36,250 nucleotides of DNA from Catajapyx aquilonaris (Eukaryota). The position numbers and the translations under genes are program-made. A model generated the notes under the pieces. The model saw only the letters and a program-made list of their open reading frames with translations. It did not search any database and had not been told where the DNA came from. The stretch is from positions 124,001-160,250 of the forward strand of contig KZ538769.1 in NCBI GenBank assembly GCA_000934665.2, given 5' to 3'. Shown one piece after another: positions 27,136-35,706 of this stretch (its first letter is position 1; each line of letters opens with the position of its first letter).

Positions 27136-27268
27136 CTGAGAAGGAGACATGCTCAGGCGAGCTGTGCTGCGACTCGGGCTGGGTCGTGGTCGAGGCCGCG
27201 GACGCCGTGTTCTCCTCGCTGCCGCCTCCGCCAAGCCCAGCGGCGACCACCGATGCCTCTTCATGCAT
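27136..27268 (-). CDS. ftz-f1: Alternative (distal) first coding exon of FTZ-F1, MHEEASVVAAGLGGGGSEENTASAASTTTQPESQHSSPEHVSFS; alternative donor extends it to 27121
   Basis: ATG at 27268 with A at -3 and an in-frame TGA 36 nt upstream. MHEEA...AASTxxQP resembles, from recall, the MHE(E/D)A...AASTSQP N-terminus of several insect FTZ-F1 proteins. Phase-1 donors CAG|GTAACG (27136) and TGG|GTAAGG (27121) fit the phase-1 acceptor at 8381. Confidence 0.82.
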
Positions 27269-27964
27269 CGTTATATTATTACGCCCCCCTCCAATATGCC
27301 CTCAACAATACCACGGTGCGTTCCAATAAAATCCAGAACAACACGAGGGGCAGGGGACGTCCCCCCCGTCCCGTGGTCCGTCCTTCCCTCGGAAAAAAAC
27401 CTCCAAAAGCAAATTTCAAGGTCCTCTTTCTACCACCCCTAAAAACCGAGTCTTCTTCCTCTGCTGGTGCTTCGGCCTCCCCCAGCAGAACGTACCGTCC
27501 CCTTCGAACATAGCCCCTCCTACCCCCTCCCCCTCCTCCCTGTTCTCCGATGATGGTTGCTGTGGGGGGTGTTGTGGAACGGAGGGGGCGTCGCGCGGGC
27601 GAAATTAAAAAGAAAAAATGAGAGGTAGTCCCTTCGGTTGGTGAAGGGGCAGCACCGAACGCACCGCACACAAAACCCGAAAGGTAAAAATCTAGGTATG
27701 TAGGCCAAACTTCCACTTTCACACTTTTAGGCCACTTGCAAACCTCTCTCACGGCCGGAATCAAATCAGCCTCCCCTCCTCGGGCCAAGCCCAACCCAGG
27801 GGCGGCCCCAGGGCCTGCCCGGGTGTCCTAACCGGGGCTGTAAAATGCGGGGCGAATTATGAGCCGGGTTGCGACCCGGGTTGTGCATCGCATTTCCGGA
27901 GCTGCAGGATCTGATTTGATCCTTGTTTACGTCCCGGCCAACCGTTTACAACATTGGGAAGGGA

Positions 27965-27975
27965 AAAGTAGGTCA
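27965..27975 (+). promoter_or_regulatory. RORE-type site AAAGTAGGTCA
   Basis: Perfect consensus, ~700 bp upstream of the distal exon ATG. Confidence 0.45.
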
Positions 27976-28113
27976 GGGTGCCGAGGCGTGTTCAGGGGCT
28001 CACCCCCACACCCACCCACTCCGAAGAACCCACCAACCCCCTAGCTTCATCATGGCCGGATCCACACATATACAGAGTCCAGAAGGAGGCAGTCCCGGGA
28101 AAATTTTGTCAAT

Positions 28114-28165
28114 AAAATGGCGGAACTTTTGCGATGTATAACATGTGAGGGGAAAAAAATGGCGG
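28114..28165 (+). promoter_or_regulatory. Pair of YY1/Pleiohomeotic motifs AAAATGGCGG
   Basis: Identical 10-mers at 28114-28123 and 28156-28165; a third copy at 2472-2481. Confidence 0.4.
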
Positions 28166-28762
28166 GGTTTTTTTCACACCCGAATGGATAGCAGGTGGCA
28201 TCTAACGGTTGGAGTTGGAAGTTTTGTCATTCATTTCAGATTTTGTGAATTTCGCACGGGGATTGATAAATGAGACAACATGGAAGGGACATGTGTGGTG
28301 GCGTGACAATTGGCATCGCAGATGAAACACCAAACTTCATTTTTCAAAACTTTAAAAACAACGAAAATTTGGGCATTTAAACTATTAAAAAATGCAGTTA
28401 TTTTTGGACTTTTCCATGAATCAGTGGCACATAGGACATCGGTGTGCCAAATTTCAGTACTCTCAGAGTGTGGAAGTGGGTTAGGTAGCCCGGACAAACA
28501 TACAGATATGTACACACTTTAACGTTTATAAGTATAGAGATTAATTAAATTCAGCATGAAACTTGACCATGCCAATGTGTTGTTCGGAGCAAACAAGATC
28601 GGGAAATCACGCGAGCGTGATTCGAGTCGACTTCTTCTCATTGGGCAGTGGGAAGTGAGGCTGACATTGCGATGCGATACGACGCAATTCTACAGGACAA
28701 CACAATGACATTGGTTGCTGTCAGTTTCATTTCCTGATTTAAATGCCAATCTGCAAGTAAAT

Positions 28763-28771
28763 TGACCTTGA
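28763..28771 (-). promoter_or_regulatory. NR5A/FTZ-F1 consensus site TCAAGGTCA near the putative distal promoter
   Basis: TGACCTTGA on +; Inr-like TCAGT (minus) at 28831-28835. Confidence 0.3.
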
Positions 28772-30210
28772 CGCATAGAGTGAATCCGGAAAATCGGAAG
28801 TGGTGGGTCACCTGAAGTTGGCCATGAAACACTGAATACGAATCCGAAAACGGTTTGTCGCTATCTCCTGCAGTTTATTAGGCCCTGATACCTGTCCACA
28901 GACAGACAGACAGAGATAAGCCCTTTTTTTCGATCAGAAAAGTCTAAAAAGAGAACTATCTTCTAACAGGGAAGTTGAAATATTAATATATTAATTTTAT
29001 TCCATCAACCCCTTACAGGGAAATGTCGTGATGGTGATGATGATGACATCAATATTGACAAATATGTTGTGATATGGTTTCTGTTAAATAAAAAAAGACG
29101 TCAAATTAATTTAATAATATTCACTAACCTTACCATGCCATGTACTTTTCATACAAAAACCTGCCTTTTATAGCAGAGTAATTGAAATACATATTAATAA
29201 TATAACAATAACAAATAATATTGCATTAATGTTAATAAATATTATGTACTTATAAGGCTCGATAAATGCAAAAAAAATCATCATCATTGGCCTATGAATA
29301 GTGTGGTCAACAATACTGAGGGCCACAGTCAAATGGTAAAAATAGGTTTCAAATGTGACCGCATAAATAGATGGCAATGAAACATAACTTGGGACGTCAA
29401 ACCAGATATGTATCGGTGTAACTTTTCAGATGTAATCCTGTTTGGCTTTCAGTTCACAATCTTGGGAGTTTCAAAAATGCAGTCTTGCTTGGCTCTTGGT
29501 TTGCAATATACATGTATTACAAGCAGGAAGGTAGAAATCCATATGTGTCACATGAACTGTCTGGGAGACATGTCTGTTACCTGGTATTTGCATATAGTCT
29601 GCACCTGCTGAGGTGACTTTCAACATCAAAGTTGGAATCCATTAGGCTGGTGGAAATGCAGGGAGGTCTTGGGAGAGGTAATAAACTTCAACACCTAATG
29701 ATACAAAAGGATAAGGAAGAACAAATAAATCAGCATTGTTGGATTGTATGTTACTTGCAGTTTTCCTACTTTATTTATCAGTCTTGCATAATAATATTTC
29801 ATGCACTTTCCTATGACATCCACTGCTTCATTGGTTGTGGTGCACACCTTATCAACACCTGCTGACATTGTGGTTGGAATGGCATTCATTTGCTCCATTC
29901 GAGGATATGACCTGATTGCACTGTTGATCCTACAGTACAATGTAACTAATGTGCAAGGAGATACTGACCTATCCCAAATGAATAAAAAATATCTCCTCTG
30001 AATACTATTACTGAGACATATTACGTATTACTTTCAGGCAAAGTATTTCATGGACACAATATCTGTAGTAGGATGTCCTGCAAGACATGAAATAAAAGAC
30101 TGGTTACAACAAACTTTAACAATTCACAAGTACTTGGTGCCATTTCACTCTTGCAATCCTTCTGCCCTATACAGCGCAGGTATCAGTAATGTCATTTTGT
30201 GGCTTGATTT

Positions 30211-30241
30211 TTTATTATATATTTATGCAGTACAGTTTATT
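30211..30241 (-). terminator. Polyadenylation signals (AATAAA x2) of ACADM copy A
   Basis: tttatt on + at 30211-30216 and 30236-30241, 110-140 nt past the stop. Confidence 0.6.
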
Positions 30242-30350
30242 AAATCAATACAGGATTGTATCGAGACTGGTTCTGCATAATAGAATGCTCTGCTCCAGGT
30301 CATGTCAATCATGTCTGCAACATAGTAGTGTTCCCAAAGTTATTGCATCC

Positions 30351-30503
30351 CTACACCACTCCGTGCTTGAACCTGGATATCAGCTGCCTAGAAATTATGA
30401 GCCTCTGAATTTGAGAAGTTCCTTCATATATCTGGAAAATCTTAGCATCTCTCATAAGCTTTTCCACAGGATACTCTGAGTTGAACCCAGCACCACCAAA
30501 TAT
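30351..30503 (-). CDS. ACADM: ACADM copy A exon 7 ([50 protein letters not shown])
   Basis: Acceptor TTTTTTCCCTCAG|ATA; stop TAG. Confidence 0.95.
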   Translation of the reverse strand: MFGGAGFNSEYPVEKLMRDAKIFQIYEGTSQIQRLIISRQLISRFKHGVV

Positions 30504-33264
30504 CTGAGGGAAAAAAGTAATGTAGGTGATCCTCATTATTCACAGCCTTGTTTTAGCATGTATGCAATATTACATGCTGTCTGGTTCAAGACTGCAGCGA
30601 TTTACTGGCTATTATGATAGCACATTATAATTTCAACCAATAATACAGCTATACAGTGGTTTCAAAGTATGATAACGGCCAAAACAACCACAGCATTCTT
30701 AGCTCTTGACAGCACACACTAATGACCAGAAATTGCACAAATTTGACTAGAAGTGAATTATTATCTTTCACTGCCAGAGAGAAGAGAGTTAGTCTTAAAT
30801 CCATACCTGAACAGCATCAGTGGCACACTTGTTGGCTACATCAGCAGCAAGACATTTGGCAATAGACGAGTGATATGTATTACTCTTTCCCTGATCCCTC
30901 TCCCAGGCTGCTCTCATCCATGCCATACGTGACATTTCAACTCCAATTGCCATGTCAGCCAGCATAAATGCTACTGCCTGGTGGTTGATTATCTCGGTTC
31001 CAAATGCTTTCCGTTCCAGAGCATATTTGGTAGCTTCATCCAGACAGCGCTGGGCCAGTCCACATGCCATTGCTCCTACCTGCAGAGTGGAAATATTATC
31101 ACACCTATTTATTTCTGAATGGGAAAGGAAAATATTTCAACAAGCACATTTACATGTAGCTTACAAGTGAGAGCTACAACTACCAATCAGCATGCTCAGT
31201 TGCAATGAGTGACTCCACTGATTCTCATTCCTAGTGCACCATGTCCACCACTAGCATACAATTTTTCTTACAATTTATGGTACATACCGAAGCTCTGGTG
31301 ACGTCAAACACTCCCATGGCAATTAAGAATCCAGCTCCTTCACCCATCAGCACATTTTCTTTTGGGACCCGCACATCTTCAAACGTGATCCCACGTGTGT
31401 CTGAACATCTTTGGCCCATATTGATCTCCTTCCTGCCTGGAGTGACTCCAGGAGTGTCCCTGTCCACTATAAAGCCAGTGAATGCCTCTTTTGCAGAAGT
31501 CTTTGGGTCAGAGCTGGTGCGGGCTAATACAAAGTACCAGTTGGCAACTCCTCCATTTGTGATCCACATCTTTTGCCCATTTAATATGTACTCATCTCCT
31601 TTCTTCTCTGCCTTGGTCTGAATACCATTGACATCAGAACCACCTCCAGGTTCAGTAACAGCATAGGCCTAAAGTTTACAAAAAATGTCACTTGTACTCT
31701 GAATACCGTAATTATATTCACCATACTAGGGCTGTAGAAATGCTCTGGCCTGATTGCATACAAAACATTTCCAGGTGACCTTTCACTAAAACACAAGGCA
31801 GTAAGGTGAAGTGTACTTATTGCTGCTAATACTGCAGACTGTCACAGTATGAGGAGTCAAACGGTATAACCTCATAGCAATGTTCTGTCTTTGGTCCTCT
31901 CTAAGTAATATTTTGTAATGGGCTAACAATCAAGGAAGCTTCATTTCGATTGACATATTTAATTAGTTGCCTTGCCATACATTGCTACAGCCTTTTTACA
32001 TTGTGCGATACTTACAGCCATAAGTGGTTCTGCTAAAAGGCGTCCAAGATACTTTTTCTTTTGCTCCTCATTCCCAAAGGCTATTACTGGTGCTTGCTGT
32101 AAAGTAATTGCATTTTTGTATTTGTAACATATACAGTGTTTTCAAGACATCTATGTACAAGAGAATGAAAAGTTAAATTGTCTTTTTGAGATGTTATAAA
32201 AAGGAGCTTCAAAAACTGAATTCCTCCTGCATAAGAACTGGGCCTTACGAAATTCAATTTATCGTACAAGCAGTACCTATCTCTTAACTTACCCCTAGAC
32301 TAGTGCCTGACATTGCTGTGAGAATGCCTGTACATGCATAGGCTAATTCCTCTTGAACAATACAAGAGTCAAATGAACCAAGGCCAACTCCCCCATCCTC
32401 CTTTGGAATGGACATGTTCAGGTAACCCAGCTCATGTGCTTTCTTTATGATGGGCCATGGATATTCCATTGTCCGGTCATACTCAGCTGCCTGAGGAAGT
32501 ATTTCTTCCCGTGCAAACTTTCGGATAGTGCTCTGCAGTTCCTTCTCGGTGTCAGTCAGCTCTGAAAACACAAGACAACAGTGATGTATAGATACAAAGT
32601 AACATTACAAAGTTCTATGCACGTGGCATACCAAAGGAAATAGCTGCTCCAGAAAGCTCGCCTCCAATGGTGCTGGAACTCAGACCCCTGAGTGCACCTT
32701 GGCTAATGTGGCCTATGCGTCCACATAAAAACTAAGAAGAGTGATAGAATGAAGTGCTAAAAGGAGTACTTTATGTTGGGTGGCCCAGTGCTAATGATAG
32801 ATTTTGATTGCAGGAAGAAACAGGAAAACCCCAAGAAAACCCATGTGAACATAAGAGAGAATCCATTGAAACTCGATCCACATTAGGACTTCCTCTGCAT
32901 GATCCGGGGATCGAACTCAAGATCCCAGAGGTGGAGGGGGTGGTCCAGTGTTAAACAATTCCAAAAGTTACAAGTGGAAAAGTTCCTCAAAATTAATAGG
33001 AAATTAAGAAAAGAGTCCATGGACATGGACTAACTTAGACCACTTCACAATGACACAACTCGACCCAATCACTGTCCAATCATCCATTTTCACATCACTG
33101 CCTGCAGTGTCATGTTGGTGAATAATTAGTGAGAAAAAACACAAGTTGTACCACTGCAGCTTGTTTGTGACCTTTTGGAACTAGTGGGGGAGGGCACATG
33201 TGGAATTGTGGGCCTGGCATGGATGCACAGGTGCACAGTTACTCACCCGAGTAAGAGTTGTCAT
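30351..33264 (-). CDS. ACADM: Medium-chain acyl-CoA dehydrogenase, mitochondrial (copy A); 7 coding exons, 424 aa: join(33247-33264,32632-32731,32293-32561,32016-32096,31288-31668,30807-31079,30351-30503)
   Basis: All six introns are GT-AG and phase compatible. Motifs [42 protein letters not shown] and KIFQIYEGT (catalytic Glu) match MCAD. Confidence 0.94.
30807..31079 (-). CDS. ACADM: ACADM copy A exon 6 ([11 protein letters not shown]...ATDAVQ)
   Basis: CTCTGCAG| acceptor, CAG|GTATGG donor, 91 codons. Confidence 0.95.
31288..31668 (-). CDS. ACADM: ACADM copy A exon 5 ([12 protein letters not shown]...FDVTRAS)
   Basis: CTTTAG| acceptor, TCG|GTATGT donor, 127 codons. Confidence 0.95.
32016..32096 (-). 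CDS. ACADM: ACADM copy A exon 4 ([27 protein letters not shown])
   Basis: TTTACAG| acceptor, GCT|GTAAGT donor; 81 nt, not in the ORF track. Confidence 0.93.
32293..32561 (-). CDS. ACADM: ACADM copy A exon 3 ([20 protein letters not shown]...GTSLG)
   Basis: TTTTCAG| acceptor (phase 1), GGG|GTAAGT donor. Confidence 0.94.
32632..32731 (-). CDS. ACADM: ACADM copy A exon 2 ([33 protein letters not shown]), mitochondrial presequence region
   Basis: TCTTCTTAG| acceptor, TTTG|GTATGC phase-1 donor, giving ISF-E-L like human FSF-E-F. Confidence 0.8.
32800..32960 (-). mobile_element. Degenerate tRNA-derived SINE fragment in ACADM intron 1
   Basis: Pol III B box GTTCGATCC (32908-32916, minus) followed by TGGGTTTTCTTGGGGTTTTCCTGTTTCTTCC, resembling the GGGTTTTCTCCGGG..CCGGTTTCCTCCC core of V-SINE-like families (from recall); boundaries approximate. 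Confidence 0.6.
33247..33264 (-). CDS. ACADM: ACADM copy A exon 1 coding part (MTTLTR)
   Basis: AAAATG context, CGG|GTGAGT phase-0 donor compatible with exon 2; short first coding exon as in vertebrate ACADM. Confidence 0.65.
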
Positions 33265-34071
33265 TTTCCAACCACAAAGTGACAATCACTGGCTTGTTGA
33301 AGCAGTTGGATCAATCAGATTGTGAGTTCAAAAAGGAGTGATGCCAGGCAAGTACTGCTATCACTGGCAGAGCAAGCTGATGTGGACTTTATTGATGTGG
33401 CTTAATCTGTGTCCTTCAAGCAAGCAACACATTTTTATACATAACTGCATTCTTATCATCTCTTGACAGCATGATACTTCTAAGGTAAGTGACACAGGGT
33501 GCATATGGACTCGATCACCTTTCCACCCTATGCTTTAAGTCCACCTGTTATAAGACATGAAATGTAAACTGTTAGCAAAAGTTAATTTGCCACACAAAAT
33601 GCAGAATGTCAAGGAAATACTGCAGCTCGAATCTCCATGGGTCAGAAAAACACTCCAAGTTGTGGTAGAATCAATGCAGAGAAGTTTGGAAAATACAGTG
33701 TTACAGAACTGCACATAGACGCAGTATTTACCTTTGTTTCCACACTGATTATGGTTAGATAAACAAAAATGCATTCTCTGTAATTTTACAGCACTTCATC
33801 TTTGGGAAAGAAAAAATCTGTGATAGATCTCTAGCTACAGATATATACATTTTTAACTGTGGGCATGTGATTTTATAATTACAATAAAAAGTAAACATAA
33901 ATTTTAGCAATCCCATTTACAATCCAGTCCACAATTTTTGGCCTTTAGGCAGTGTGGTATAAAAACATGTGTAAATCTGGCAGAAACTTTCATTCGTGGA
34001 GCTTGAAAAATGTGTAAATTCCATATCCTCTATTCTGTGGCTGCCGTGTCTGAATGGCACCCACTCTAGAT

Positions 34072-34200
34072 CATCCACTGCAATAACTGATGGAGATTAG
34101 AAAGGCGCTGAGTTGTCACGCCTTGTGGATGATAATTTCCAAGGGACCTCCTGTCAGCATTATCTTTGCACCACATCAACCTCAGTAATAGCAGTGGATG
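34072..34200. repeat. 19-bp imperfect inverted repeat enclosing ~90 bp
   Basis: CATCCACTGCAATAACTGA (34072-34090) versus TCAGTAATAGCAGTGGATG (34182-34200), 2 mismatches. Confidence 0.65.
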
Positions 34201-34326
34201 GCAGTCATATAAGGTGATGGGCTGAGAATAGTAAATTATCGCCTGCTGTTTGAGTTACGGAAAACTTCAAAATACAGTATAGTTGTTAGAGATTAGATTC
34301 AGGGATGTAAAAGAAATTCCCTTGTA

Positions 34327-34985
34327 CAGGTTGAGAATCCTTTATTCGAAATGCTTGGGTTTCAGATTTCAGAATATATGTAGGCCAGGCTATATTTGCA
34401 TCTATAAAATTGGACAGATTTGGGATTTTACATCTATTAAAGGGACACTCCACTCAAAAAACAAGTTTGGCTCTAAAAATCGGGGGAAAAATCCCAAATC
34501 CAAAGGTTCAATCCGTTTTTCGCTACGCGAAATGGTAATCCCATGGGGAAATTCAAATAGTTCGCTAGAAGCTGGCCATCCGCCAGCGACGCCCTCGGGA
34601 CCTTGGGAACTGGAGGGCTCCTCCCACTCGCCCGCGTGCTTAGGCCCATTCCAGAGTGGTGCAGCCCTCCAGTTCCCCTGTTCCCCGTGTGGCGGCGGCC
34701 CCGCTCATTAGCAGACGACACACTTTGACACCTCGCCCTGGGATTACCATTCCGCATAGCGAAAAACGAATTGCACCGTCGGATTCAGGATTTTTTGCCA
34801 GATTTTTAGAGCCAAACTTGCTTTTTGAGTGGAGTGTCCCTTTAATAGATGTTACACATAAACCCTGTAGGTAGTTTCATATACAAGTATTTTTTATACT
34901 TGCAGATGCAAGTAATGATGCTAATAATGCCAGGAGGTTGGAGGTCTTACGATTTCAGAATTTCGGATGAAGGATTCTCAACCTG
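34327..34985. mobile_element. Tc1/mariner pogo/Tigger-like MITE (~254 bp of own sequence), interrupted by a second MITE
   Basis: TIRs CAGGTTGAGAATCCTTTATTCGAAAT (34327-) and ATTTCGGATGAAGGATTCTCAACCTG (-34985); TA on the left, GA on the right (mutated TA duplication). Confidence 0.75.
34441..34841. mobile_element. 401-bp MITE with ~103-bp imperfect TIRs and TTAA duplication (Kolobok/T2-like termini)
   Basis: TTAA|AGGGACACTCCACTCAAAAA...TTTTTGAGTGGAGTGTCCCT|TTAA; arms pair over ~34441-34543 / 34739-34841; no transposase. Confidence 0.88.
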
Positions 34986-35553
34986 GACTTGCAAACGCAG
35001 GTGCCTGTATAACAACCTGACTGCCTGTATTTCACAGCAGGTCAAAATGCTCATTTTTTGGCTTGAAACTTGGCTTGAAAAGAAATGTAGTAAGTTTACT
35101 CAGGAAAATAAGATCTTAGGAAATCATATGAATTCAAAATAATATATTCAGTAACAATCTACAATTCAACATTTACTCATAAAATCGTTGCATTGGACAA
35201 GAATAGAGAAGACAGCCTGCCACACAAAATCAATACCACCAAAGAACTTCCATGTTTTCACTTTCAAACAGAGTATTAACCAGCAAATATGGGGTTCAAT
35301 TTACAATTATGATCAAAGACCAGAAAACCTCATCATGCACCTGACAGGCTTAATTGATGTGAAAACATTATAAAAATATACATTGCATTGATTAGCTGTT
35401 CCACTTTTTCCTCGCCTCACGAGTAAAAATAATTCCAAACTTCTACGCATAGCCAGAAGTTTCAAAAATTCTATCAATCATTTGAGTTCCTGATCCGTTT
35501 CTCAATTTTATGATCACCATTATGCAGTCCCCAAAGATTGGATTATAAAGTTT

Positions 35554-35706
35554 TTAAGCTTTTCCCTGCTTCATCCTGGTTATGTACTCCCTGGACACAA
35601 TCATTCTCTGGATCTGGGCAGTCCCTTCATAGATCTGGAAGATCTTCGCATCACGCATCAGCTTCTCCACTGGATACTCCGAGTTGAATCCTGCTCCACC
35701 AAAAAT
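35554..35706 (-). CDS. ACADM: Last coding exon of a second, tandem ACADM paralogue (copy B; rest lies beyond the window)
   Basis: [59 protein letters not shown]; same 153-nt length and intron position as copy A exon 7. Confidence 0.93.
   Translation of the reverse strand: MFGGAGFNSEYPVEKLMRDAKIFQIYEGTAQIQRMIVSREYITRMKQGKA

Noticed and set aside
26959..27794. ORFs of 184 aa (+) and 171 aa (-) over the distal exon region
   Set aside because: Non-AUG starts in GC-rich sequence; the supported coding frame is the MHEEAS exon
34283..34874. ORFs of 72-142 aa across the MITEs
   Set aside because: No transposase motifs; chance ORFs in non-autonomous elements
35554..35565. C-terminal GKA of copy B as a peroxisomal PTS1
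   Set aside because: Does not fit the [SAC][KRH][LM] consensus
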